From Bacilli bacterium (lineage in GTDB: Bacteria; Bacillota_I; Bacilli_A; RF39; UBA660): a DNA stretch of 64,000 nucleotides. Location of the stretch: contig JAFXHG010000038.1 in the NCBI GenBank assembly GCA_017536505.1, positions 65,163 through 129,162 of the forward strand. The letters are read 5' to 3'. The translations under genes were made by a program, and so were the position numbers. Positions 46,750 through 55,777 of this stretch are shown here, one piece after another; position 1 is the first letter of the stretch; the number at the start of each line of letters is the position of its first letter. The notes under the pieces were generated by a model. The model saw nothing but the letters and a program-made list of their open reading frames with translations. It was not told the DNA's origin and searched no databases.

Positions 46750-46789
46750 AGTGCTTGCTAGTACAAGGAATTAATCCCAATTCTTGGTA

Positions 46790-47281
46790 TTAATCTCCTT
46801 TTATACAAAATATTCCATCATATTCTTCGTTTTCATCATCAAAAAGTTCACTAATATCAAGTTCATCTGAAAGATTTTCTTCTGTTTCACATACATTAAA
46901 TTGTATTAATTCATCGTTGTAATCTCCAAAAATCTTATTTTTCTTTATAAACTCATAAACATTCTTATATGCCTCTTTAGGTGTATATGCTTTTACTAAA
47001 AATAAATCTTCTTTTTTGCATTGTGCTTTTACTTTATAGTTTTTTAAACTATTATTATCTAAATATCCAGCTGTTTGTAATAATTGTACAAAATCTATAT
47101 CCAATTCATTACAAATTTTAATTAAAAGGACCATATTATAATTAGTCCTCATACCATTTTCTATTCTAGTTATTTCTGTATGCCCTATACCAACTAGACT
47201 TGCTAACTGTCTTTGAGACATACCACTTTCTAATCTTTTTTCTTTTATTATTTCTGCAATTTTTAAATAATTATATTTCAT
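46790..47281 (-). CDS. XRE-family HTH protein with acidic C-terminal domain
   Basis: MSQRQLASLVGIGHTEITRIENG; AAGGAGAGA RBS favours the ATG at 47281, just after the upstream stop. Confidence 0.75.
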   Translation of the reverse strand: MKYNYLKIAEIIKEKRLESGMSQRQLASLVGIGHTEITRIENGMRTNYNMVLLIKICNELDIDFVQLLQTAGYLDNNSLKNYKVKAQCKKEDLFLVKAYTPKEAYKNVYEFIKKNKIFGDYNDELIQFNVCETEENLSDELDISELFDDENEEYDGIFCIKGD

Positions 47282-47282
47282 T

Positions 47283-48230
47283 CTATCTCTCCTTCTCTTT
47301 TTTTTTACAATATTGTTTTTGTAGATAATCATTAAAATCTTTTCCTATTTTAGGAGGATCATTTAATATTTCATATCTATTTTTTAATTTATTTATTATT
47401 GCTTGTGTAGCTATAATCCCTGCCTCATCATTATCTAAATGTAAAACAATCCTATTTATATTAGGATTGTTGTTTAGATATAAGTTTAAAGCTAAAGGAA
47501 GTTTGCTATCCTCTAAATTTTTTGCAGGCTGATATACTCCTGCTAATGAAATTAAATTTTCATTTTGCCACTCTATTTTTTCTTTTTTTAATATAGTTGC
47601 ATAAGATAATAAATCTATTGCACTTTCAAATAAATGAATAGTATTATTTTCTTTTTCTGATATTAATTTAAAAGAAAAAGCCTTGTGGCTTCCATATACT
47701 TCTTGCATAAATCTACTTTTATTTGAAGCTCTTTTCATAGCGTATCTGGCTTCACCATTTGGATCATATCCTACAAATACTACATTATGAAAATCTTTTT
47801 CTTCATATATTATATCTTTATCTATGCACTCTTTTATAATATCTATATCAATACCTCTACTAACTAGATAGCTAATAATTTTATCATTATTTTTATATCT
47901 TTCAGGTAGTATTAATTTTGCATTTAAATCTTTCTTGAAATTATTTTCTTGAATATCTAATTCAGATATAGGAATTTTAGTTAGTACCTTCATAGCTGAT
48001 TTAAAAGATAAATCTTTTACATTCATTAAATAGCTTAAAGCGCTCCTACCCCCTACACCTTTTGAAAACCAATACCACATCCCATTACTTATTTTCAAAC
48101 TATCGTGTGATCTAGTAGTAAAATTATTGATTCCTACTTTTACTAATTCTTCAGGTTCATAATTCATTAAATAGGTTAATACATCTATTTCATTTGCCTG
48201 TTTAATTTGTTCAGGTGTAAAAAGTTTCAT
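47283..48230 (-). CDS. DUF3991 + Toprim domain protein (conjugative primase-like)
   Basis: Toprim acidic motifs LFESAIDLLS and HLDNDEAG; the N-terminal region is typical of DUF3991. Confidence 0.7.
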   Translation of the reverse strand: MKLFTPEQIKQANEIDVLTYLMNYEPEELVKVGINNFTTRSHDSLKISNGMWYWFSKGVGGRSALSYLMNVKDLSFKSAMKVLTKIPISELDIQENNFKKDLNAKLILPERYKNNDKIISYLVSRGIDIDIIKECIDKDIIYEEKDFHNVVFVGYDPNGEARYAMKRASNKSRFMQEVYGSHKAFSFKLISEKENNTIHLFESAIDLLSYATILKKEKIEWQNENLISLAGVYQPAKNLEDSKLPLALNLYLNNNPNINRIVLHLDNDEAGIIATQAIINKLKNRYEILNDPPKIGKDFNDYLQKQYCKKKEKER

Positions 48231-48233
48231 AAA

Positions 48234-48557
48234 TTATCTTACCCTGTCTTTTATTTTGTCTTTATATAGTTCTTCTAATCCAGGTATTAATCTATCACTT
48301 ATACCTTCATAGGTGCTACTATCAAAAAGCATTATTTCTGTTAAATAATTTAATTGGTCGTTATCCTTCATTTCTTCAAAGAAATCTTTTAAATTATTTA
48401 TACCTTCTTTAGTTTCTAAAATTTTGTTTATATTGCTATAATCAAAATCTCTTATATTATATTTTTTCTTTAGAAAAAAACAAAAATCATAATTATCTAA
48501 TTGCTGTAAAGAACTGACAATATCCTTAATTAATGATTTTTCAATTTTATTACCCAT
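48234..48557 (-). CDS. small acidic hypothetical protein (107 aa)
   Basis: ORF 3 nt after... it ends 3 nt before the Toprim gene start; no motif recognised. Confidence 0.5.
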   Translation of the reverse strand: MGNKIEKSLIKDIVSSLQQLDNYDFCFFLKKKYNIRDFDYSNINKILETKEGINNLKDFFEEMKDNDQLNYLTEIMLFDSSTYEGISDRLIPGLEELYKDKIKDRVR

Positions 48558-48610
48558 TAACTTTCTCCTTTCAGATATAAGAAAAGCAATAGAATTTTTA
48601 GGTCTATTGC

Positions 48611-48937
48611 TTAATCCTTTAATATATCTAATTTTTTAAAATATAAATATGCCTCTCGTCCCCCTAGTAAGAATAAAGCTTCGTCTTCAAATTCTTTTAT
48701 TTTTTCTTGTAATTCTATAAATCTAATTATATCTTTACAATCATCTAAACTTAAATCCATAGCTTTTCTTCCATAGAATATTTCTTCCACTTTTGGGTTT
48801 GATTCTAATAGTTTATCTTTTTCTAATAAGGTCTCTTTATACCCCATATTAGAAGTTTGAAGCACATACTGAATACGAGAAAAATACTCATAAAAATTAT
48901 CTTTAGAATAGTCGTAAAAAGAATCTTCAAAGTTCAT
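48611..48937 (-). CDS. small acidic hypothetical protein (108 aa)
   Basis: AAGGAGG RBS; no motif recognised. Confidence 0.5.
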   Translation of the reverse strand: MNFEDSFYDYSKDNFYEYFSRIQYVLQTSNMGYKETLLEKDKLLESNPKVEEIFYGRKAMDLSLDDCKDIIRFIELQEKIKEFEDEALFLLGGREAYLYFKKLDILKD

Positions 48938-48996
48938 TCATTGCCTCCTTTATAACTCTATTTTATAAAGGATTAATAACTATTGCAACTGTGCGA

Positions 48997-49332
48997 TTAT
49001 TTTTTTTGCACCTTTGCTTTTTGTTGTAGCTTTTCTCTAATTTTTAACAATACAGAATAATATTGTGTTTTATAATTTATATCGTTCATATCTATAAAAC
49101 AATATATAAAATCAATTACTTCATCTATAAAGAATCTTATTTCTACCAATTCTATTTCATCTTCTGGTATATAAGGTACACTATATTTTAATAACTTGTT
49201 TTTTATTCTAGTAAATTTGTTTTCTTTATCATTATGCTTTTCTTCACCAATAGAAAAGAATTCAACTAATTTATTGAATTCTTCTATAGTAATAATTACT
49301 CTTATTGGTGGTCTTTTAGATTGATAAGCCAT
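48997..49332 (-). CDS. hypothetical protein (111 aa)
   Basis: ORF starts 2 nt after the ssb stop; no motif recognised. Confidence 0.5.
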   Translation of the reverse strand: MAYQSKRPPIRVIITIEEFNKLVEFFSIGEEKHNDKENKFTRIKNKLLKYSVPYIPEDEIELVEIRFFIDEVIDFIYCFIDMNDINYKTQYYSVLLKIREKLQQKAKVQKK

Positions 49333-49334
49333 TT

Positions 49335-49694
49335 TTACCTTGAATAGTCTTGTTCTTGTTCTTGGTTTTCTTTTGATTTACTAGATAAAAATGTCACTTT
49401 TTCTGCAACTATATTCATAAATGTTTTTTTATTACCATTTTCATCTTCTCTGGTATTTGTTTGAATTCTACCTTTAACACCTATAAGATCACCTTTTTTA
49501 CAATACTCAACTGTACTTTCAGCTACGCCCTTCCATAAAATGCAATCGACGAAATCTGTATCATATTCGCCTAATTCATTTTTAAAACTTCTAGGTACAG
49601 CTAATGTTATATTAGATACCTTTGAACCATTTTCTAATTCCTTTATTTCAGGTTCTCTTACTATTCTTCCTACTAAAACTGCTTGATTTAACAT
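49335..49694 (-). CDS. ssb: single-stranded DNA-binding protein
   Basis: MLNQAVLVGRIVREPEIKE...TDFVDCILWKGVAE OB-fold pattern with an acidic tail. Confidence 0.85.
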   Translation of the reverse strand: MLNQAVLVGRIVREPEIKELENGSKVSNITLAVPRSFKNELGEYDTDFVDCILWKGVAESTVEYCKKGDLIGVKGRIQTNTREDENGNKKTFMNIVAEKVTFLSSKSKENQEQEQDYSR

Positions 49695-49711
49695 ATTACC
49701 ACAATCCTTTC

Positions 49712-50353
49712 TTATTTTACTTCTACTAATTCATTAATAAATACAATTTGTTTTTCTTCATCTTGACTACAAGTTATTAAAGTTAATATAGTTTTATTTG
49801 AATAATTCTTTATTGGTACTATTCCTGTTTTTTGTACCTCATAAGATTCAATCATTTTATAGATATACTTTTTGTTTTTATAATATATATAAGATTCATC
49901 ACCACTTGATAATTTATACAAATTTTTAAAAAAAGCTATTCTTCCACTTCCAGAGTGTCCTGCTATAATTAAATTACCATTTACTACATCAGGATAATCT
50001 GAATCTTTTAATACTTGAATATTTTTAGATACAGTATTATTTTTATCATTCATATCTAAAAAACCCCTCTTAAAATTTATAGAGGGGATTTCTAGTACAC
50101 CAATATAATTATATAAAGGTTCTGAACTTTCTTTAGATTCTTCTTTTTCTTCAATGATTTCATCATTTGTTATATCTTCTACAGCTTCTTCTTGCTTTTC
50201 AAAGTATATATCAACTGATTCATTATCTAATTTATTTTCACGACTAATTCTATACTGATAAACACCTATTAATAAAATTCCAATTATAATAAAAGAAATG
50301 CCAAATATTTTATATTGACATTTCATTTTACTAGCGTTTTTTTTGATTCCCAT
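49712..50353 (-). CDS. sortase-family transpeptidase
   Basis: N-terminal TM, IIAGHSG (His) and LTLITC (Cys) motifs; no Arg follows the Cys. Confidence 0.7.
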   Translation of the reverse strand: MGIKKNASKMKCQYKIFGISFIIIGILLIGVYQYRISRENKLDNESVDIYFEKQEEAVEDITNDEIIEEKEESKESSEPLYNYIGVLEIPSINFKRGFLDMNDKNNTVSKNIQVLKDSDYPDVVNGNLIIAGHSGSGRIAFFKNLYKLSSGDESYIYYKNKKYIYKMIESYEVQKTGIVPIKNYSNKTILTLITCSQDEEKQIVFINELVEVK

Positions 50354-53300
50354 AAAGTAATATACACACTCCTATCAATGCTATAGCTAAAGAGATAATA
50401 TAAACTTTATAAGGTTGTTTAGTTAATGTATCTGGTACTTCAACTATAACTTTTTCATTTGTCATTTTTGCTTTTACTATTTCTCCATCTTCTTTAATTT
50501 CAAAATAGATTTTTTCTGTATTTAGTATATAATCTTCTGAAGCTGTTTCTTTTTCTAGGATATAATATTTACCATATTTTAATCCTTCAATTATTAACAT
50601 ACCTTTATCATCAGTTTTACCACTAAATACTAACTCATCCTTTTCTGTATATACTTCTATTACAGTATTTGGGATTGGTTCACTTGTAGCTAGATCTACT
50701 TTAGTAAATTCTAATGTTCCTTCTATTAATTTATTAGTCATTTCACATTTAACAACTTGCCCATCCTCTAGTATTTCAAAATACATTTTATCTGTATTAA
50801 GAACATAATTAGGAGTAGCTGTTTCTTTTTCTAATAAATAGAATTTTCCAAATTTTATATTATCTATTACTATTTTACCTTCGCTATCAGTTTTACCACT
50901 AAATACTAACTCATCCTTTTCTGTATATACTTCTATTAAGGTATTTGGGATTGGTTCACTTGTAGATAAATCTAACTTTGTGAATTCTAATTTGCCTGTT
51001 ATAGGTTTATTAGTCATAGTAGCTTTTACTACTTCTTTATTTTCCTTAATCTCAAAATATACCTTTTCATCAGATAATACATAACCTATGGCTGCATCCT
51101 TTTCCTTGATATAAAATTTGCCTATTGGGAGATTCTTTAGTGTTATAGAACCTTCTTTATTTGTTTTACCACTAAATATTAATTCATCCTTTTCAGTATA
51201 AATTTCTATCAAAGTATTTGGGATTGGATCTCCACTTACTAGATCTGATTTTGTAAATTCCAAATCACCTTTCTTTAAATGATTTAGAGTTTCATATTTT
51301 TCATATACTATAGCTGTTTTATTATCTTTTGCAGTTAATTCAAAATGATATTCTTTTGTATCTAATACCATATTATCTTTTGTTTCTACTTCTACTAAAA
51401 AATACTTTCCTAAAGGAATTTTCTTGCTTATAGCATAACCTTTGCTATCACTTACTAGAGTTTCTACTAAATCACCTTTATTATAGTAAAGATAATTACC
51501 ATCAGCTGATTTAATATCTTCATCTGCGTAAAGATTAAATTTAATTCCTTCTAGTTTAGTTTCTCCATATTTAAAAGTATTATCTTCTATTATAAAAGTT
51601 TCACCACTTTTAACTATTTCAACTTGTCCTTTAATTGGTGTATTATTATATTCTACAACTACAAAAGCTCCATAAGTTGTATAATAATACTCTGTTTCTT
51701 CTCCTATAGAAAAATCTACACCATCTTCATTTATTAGATAGTTTTTTGGACTCTTGATTTCTTCAATTCTATAATTTCCAGCTTCCAACTTTAAATAAGT
51801 TGTAGATACACCATTTTTATCAGTTTTAAATTTATCATAAACTTTACCACCAACATATTGACTAACATATTGCTTTTTATCTTTATTATAAATTTTAAAA
51901 GTTGTATCTGCTAGTTCTATAGTCTTACCTGTTTCACTATCTTTTTTATAAATTTGAAGATATGCAGATATTTTATTATTTAAGATATTATAATATTGTT
52001 CTTTTTCAGAGTTTTCATCAACTATTACAAAGAAATCATAAATTTTTTCAAATCCTGTCGTACTATTAACTTGATGAAATTTCCAAACTCCATAAGGAAT
52101 ATTTATAGACGCATAACCGTTTTTATCTGTAGTTATTGTATCGTATAGTGTTCCATCTGGATAATATATTTCAAAATTAATATTAGCTTCAGCATTTAAG
52201 AAAGTTGTATTTCCGTCTACATAATCATATTGTTTTAATATACTTATATAGTTTTTAATAACTTTTTCTTTTACTACTGTTGTATAATCTGTATTTTGAA
52301 ATATAAATTGTCCGTGAATAACTCTATTTAATTCATATCCCTTTGGAGGTTCAGATTCAACTATAGTATAATGCGCGTATGGCAAATACTTACTTATAGC
52401 AGTACAATCATCTCCAATCACTAGAGTATCTACTACATTTTTATCAGCATCTAATATATTGAATTTAGCTCCAACTAAAGTAGCTTGTCCTAATGGTGTA
52501 CAAGAATTAGTTTCGCTATCAATTTTTTTAATTTTAATTCTTCCTTGAATAACTTTTTCTATAGAAGTTATCTCTAATGTTTTATCACTTGTTATATTAG
52601 CTTTATAAACAGTAGTATCTAAATTATAACCAACTCCAGGTTCAACCTCACTTACGGTATAATTTCCATAAGGTAAATATTTAGAAATTGCAGAGCAATC
52701 ATCACCTATAGTTAAAGTATCCACTACTTTATTAGTATGGTCTTTAATCTCATACTTTGCGCCTATTAAAGATCCCTCACCACTTGCTTTGCAAGAATTA
52801 GTGATGCTATCTTTTTTTATTACCTTAATTTTTCCTTTTATTACAGTATCTTCAACTGTTATATTAACTGTATCTCCTGATTCAATAGTTGCTGTATAAA
52901 CAGTATCACTTAATTTATATCCATTTGGAGCAGAAATCTCTTTGATTTTATAAGTTCCTGTTGGGAGATTATCAGTTGTAGCTGTATTATCACTTCCTAT
53001 AGTTAGTGTAGCTACTACTTTATTACTTGAATCAACTACTTGGTATTTAGCGCCTATTAAGTTAGCTTGTCCTAAAGGAGTAGTTGTTTTATTCTCTGAA
53101 TCTATTTTAGTAATTTTAATTTTTCCACCTATTACATTAAATCTTACATTAGTAGTCATTGGGTCGGGTGAACCAAATTCCATTAATTTTTGATAACTAC
53201 CATTATAAAAAACAACAGAAGGTGAATAAGAATTTGTTATAGTTCTAGTTAAATCTACAGTAGCAGAACCTACTTTATCAGCTTTAACAATTAATTTGTT

Positions 53301-53930
53301 TCCACTTATATTAGCAGAACAATTTGTACACCCAGATACAGAATAATTATTTATTACATTATTTGTATCAGTATATTCTACTGATTTACCTACTACTTGA
53401 GTATAATTTCCATTTTGAAAACTTGGCAATGTTGTTATACCATTTACTAGACTTCTTATTTCAGCTCTCTCTGATTCTATTAAAGCTGAATCTCCAGATG
53501 TAATATAGCAACATCCAGGGGATATTGTATTCCATATTTCTAACTGTGTAGCTAAATACCAGCTATCATCACTATGATTACCATATCCATAACCATAATA
53601 ACTTAATAATTTTAATTTTCTAATAGTTTCACTATTTAATTTAGAAATTGTTTCATCAGAAGTTGAATTATAACTTCCCTCAGAAAAATCTAAATAAGTT
53701 AATCCAGGTTCAATACAATAAACGGGATCACTATTAGACCATTTCATAATCTTTGTAGCATTAACTCCAGAAGCTCCCATTAAAGACCACTTAAATCTTA
53801 CATTACCATTTCCATCTCTAACTGCTCTTGAATAAAAAGATTCTGTAGCTGCGCTTACATTGCTATTGTTAATTAATAACAAAATAAAAATACTACAAAT
53901 CAATGTAGCATATTTAAAAATCTTTTTCAA
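50331..53930 (-). CDS. large surface adhesin: signal peptide, thioester (TQXA) domain, multiple Cna-B/SpaA-type repeats, C-terminal sorting-signal-like tail
   Basis: PVYCIEPG (Cys) plus ATQLEIW (TQxxIW) indicate a thioester domain; two sets of three repeats; the tail is VPDTLT + hydrophobic helix + NQKKR. Confidence 0.8.
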   Translation of the reverse strand: MKKIFKYATLICSIFILLLINNSNVSAATESFYSRAVRDGNGNVRFKWSLMGASGVNATKIMKWSNSDPVYCIEPGLTYLDFSEGSYNSTSDETISKLNSETIRKLKLLSYYGYGYGNHSDDSWYLATQLEIWNTISPGCCYITSGDSALIESERAEIRSLVNGITTLPSFQNGNYTQVVGKSVEYTDTNNVINNYSVSGCTNCSANISGNKLIVKADKVGSATVDLTRTITNSYSPSVVFYNGSYQKLMEFGSPDPMTTNVRFNVIGGKIKITKIDSENKTTTPLGQANLIGAKYQVVDSSNKVVATLTIGSDNTATTDNLPTGTYKIKEISAPNGYKLSDTVYTATIESGDTVNITVEDTVIKGKIKVIKKDSITNSCKASGEGSLIGAKYEIKDHTNKVVDTLTIGDDCSAISKYLPYGNYTVSEVEPGVGYNLDTTVYKANITSDKTLEITSIEKVIQGRIKIKKIDSETNSCTPLGQATLVGAKFNILDADKNVVDTLVIGDDCTAISKYLPYAHYTIVESEPPKGYELNRVIHGQFIFQNTDYTTVVKEKVIKNYISILKQYDYVDGNTTFLNAEANINFEIYYPDGTLYDTITTDKNGYASINIPYGVWKFHQVNSTTGFEKIYDFFVIVDENSEKEQYYNILNNKISAYLQIYKKDSETGKTIELADTTFKIYNKDKKQYVSQYVGGKVYDKFKTDKNGVSTTYLKLEAGNYRIEEIKSPKNYLINEDGVDFSIGEETEYYYTTYGAFVVVEYNNTPIKGQVEIVKSGETFIIEDNTFKYGETKLEGIKFNLYADEDIKSADGNYLYYNKGDLVETLVSDSKGYAISKKIPLGKYFLVEVETKDNMVLDTKEYHFELTAKDNKTAIVYEKYETLNHLKKGDLEFTKSDLVSGDPIPNTLIEIYTEKDELIFSGKTNKEGSITLKNLPIGKFYIKEKDAAIGYVLSDEKVYFEIKENKEVVKATMTNKPITGKLEFTKLDLSTSEPIPNTLIEVYTEKDELVFSGKTDSEGKIVIDNIKFGKFYLLEKETATPNYVLNTDKMYFEILEDGQVVKCEMTNKLIEGTLEFTKVDLATSEPIPNTVIEVYTEKDELVFSGKTDDKGMLIIEGLKYGKYYILEKETASEDYILNTEKIYFEIKEDGEIVKAKMTNEKVIVEVPDTLTKQPYKVYIISLAIALIGVCILLYGNQKKR
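50451..51278 (-). repeat. three tandem 276-bp (92-aa) coding repeats (Cna-B/SpaA-like domains)
   Basis: G(K/T/D)LEFTK.DL....PIPNT.IE.YTEKDEL.FSGKT... occurs three times; near-identical DNA stretches recur at 50612, 50888 and ~51164. Confidence 0.8.
52260..53135 (-). repeat. three tandem ~97-aa coding repeats (second Cna-B-like repeat class)
   Basis: G(K/R)IK..K.DS......G.A.L.GAK......K.VVDTL.IGDDC.AISKYLPY..Y occurs three times. Confidence 0.7.
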
Positions 53931-53962
53931 TTAAAATACCTCACTTTCTAAAAAAAAGATTA

Positions 53963-54691
53963 TCAATCTTGATAACCTTTACACTCATAACCTAAACTTT
54001 TCGCATAAGCTACGATTCCAATATAATTTTTCTTACGCCAATCTATTTTAATTTCTGTAGGCGTTTCATTACACACACCTTTAGACATAAAAACTAATAA
54101 ACTATAAACACATCTTTCTCCACTAGAGAAATTTATACAGGCATAAGGTTCTTCAACTCTATATCCTAAATCTATCCATTTTTTAGCTTCTGCTTGTTGT
54201 TCCTTTTTACTTTCCCAATCAGGAGCATCTGCATCTAAAATCATAAGAGTTAATGGGTCTTTTTTAAATTCTTCCCATAATCTTTCATCTTCACTTTTAG
54301 AAGTTTCTTCTTTCTTAACTTCCTCTTTAGGTGTTGATGATTGATTGTTAGATGTTGGCTTTTCAGTTTTCTGTGTATTATCTTTTTTAATCTCTTCTTT
54401 TTTTTCTGTTTGTTGTGTATAACTATCTTGTTCTTTTGTTTCATTTTTTGAATTGTGTGTATAACTATACTCTTTTTCTTCAATTTTACTTTCTTCAAAA
54501 TTTTCTTCTACATTTTTTTCAGAATTATCCACACTATTCTCTATTTTTTCTTTTTCAGGTTCTTTTTTATTCACAACTTTAATATTTTCTTCTACATTTT
54601 TTTCTAAACTGTGTGCATAAATCAAATACCAACTAATAGATATGAAACTTATTAACACTATACTTGAAATAATAATTATTTTTTTCTTCAT
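53963..54691 (-). CDS. membrane-anchored E/K-rich protein with Cys-containing C-terminal domain, unknown function
   Basis: N-terminal TM, low-complexity linker, conserved-looking C-terminal ~90 aa. Confidence 0.5.
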   Translation of the reverse strand: MKKKIIIISSIVLISFISISWYLIYAHSLEKNVEENIKVVNKKEPEKEKIENSVDNSEKNVEENFEESKIEEKEYSYTHNSKNETKEQDSYTQQTEKKEEIKKDNTQKTEKPTSNNQSSTPKEEVKKEETSKSEDERLWEEFKKDPLTLMILDADAPDWESKKEQQAEAKKWIDLGYRVEEPYACINFSSGERCVYSLLVFMSKGVCNETPTEIKIDWRKKNYIGIVAYAKSLGYECKGYQD

Positions 54692-54838
54692 AAAATCACA
54701 TCCTTTTTTTAATTTTGTACTCCCACCTATTATTACTTATATTATTATTATATTTATATAAATTAATTATTTCAGTAAACTATAGTTATAACTTAGGGTG
54801 GATTGTAAGGAGGGATATTTATGGAATTTATACTCCCA

Positions 54839-55777
54839 TTATCTCACATCTCTATCCCTATTTTTTAAAAATTTAGTATAGTGTTCTATAGCTTTTAACA
54901 AAAATTCTTCAATTTTGTTGTCTTGAATATTTTTTGGGAGTATATTTCTAATCTTATTCTCATTTAATTTTAATCTAGGAACTTGATTAGGTTTTTCTCT
55001 TGCCATAATATTTTCTATCGCATCAGCATTTAATTTATCTTCTGCGCTTAATTTTCTCATTTCTATTGTTTGTGCGTGAGAAGGAGTGCAGGAATAACAT
55101 TCTATATTATCTAATACCTCTTCCTGTTCATCTTTTGATAGATAAGATAATTCTACTGCTGGTCTTAACCCTATAGACTCATTATCAACTAATTCTAATA
55201 ATTTTGGTATTAAATTAGTGAGACGAATATATCTATAAATTTGAGTTCTACTTTCTTCTACTTTATTTTCTAAATCTCTACCTGTGTTATATCGTGTCCC
55301 CACTGGGTACACAGTTTTGCCTTTATTTTCATAATATTCTTTTATAGCGTCTAACTTCATTTTATATGCAAATGCTTTTTCACTTGGTAGTATTTTTTCT
55401 CTTTGCATATTACTATCTACCATTATAATAGTAGCTTCATTATCATCTAAATCTTTTACTATACAAGGTATTGAATCTAAATCTGCTAATTGGCTTGCTA
55501 ACTTTCTTCTATGTCCTGCTACCATTTCATATCTACCATTATCTTTTAATCTTACAATAGCAGGAACTAATACTCCATTTTCTTTAATACTTTTAGATAA
55601 TTCATACATTTCATCATTTTCTAATACTTTAAAAGGATGTTCTGCAAAATCATCTATATCTTCAATTTTTATATTAACTATTTTTCCTAACTTTTCAGCA
55701 TCCCTAGTTTCTTGGGTTGAGAACATATCATCTAACTTTATCTTTGGTAGATTCATTTTTAAATCTTCCCTTGCCAT
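54839..55777 (-). CDS. parB: ParB-family partition / nuclease-domain protein
   Basis: GVLVPAIV...YEMVAGHRRKLAS ParB-N motif; GGAGGT RBS. Confidence 0.85.
   Translation of the reverse strand: MAREDLKMNLPKIKLDDMFSTQETRDAEKLGKIVNIKIEDIDDFAEHPFKVLENDEMYELSKSIKENGVLVPAIVRLKDNGRYEMVAGHRRKLASQLADLDSIPCIVKDLDDNEATIIMVDSNMQREKILPSEKAFAYKMKLDAIKEYYENKGKTVYPVGTRYNTGRDLENKVEESRTQIYRYIRLTNLIPKLLELVDNESIGLRPAVELSYLSKDEQEEVLDNIECYSCTPSHAQTIEMRKLSAEDKLNADAIENIMAREKPNQVPRLKLNENKIRNILPKNIQDNKIEEFLLKAIEHYTKFLKNRDRDVR

Noticed and set aside
35981-47332. A striking recurrence of proteins ending in ...ER (KDKER, YENER, MNLER, RDMER, KRKER, KEKER), considered as a shared C-terminal signal.
   Set aside because: The terminal codons (A)GG AAA GA(A) AGA TAA are the Shine-Dalgarno for the next, tightly coupled gene. 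This is a translational-coupling artefact, not a peptide motif.
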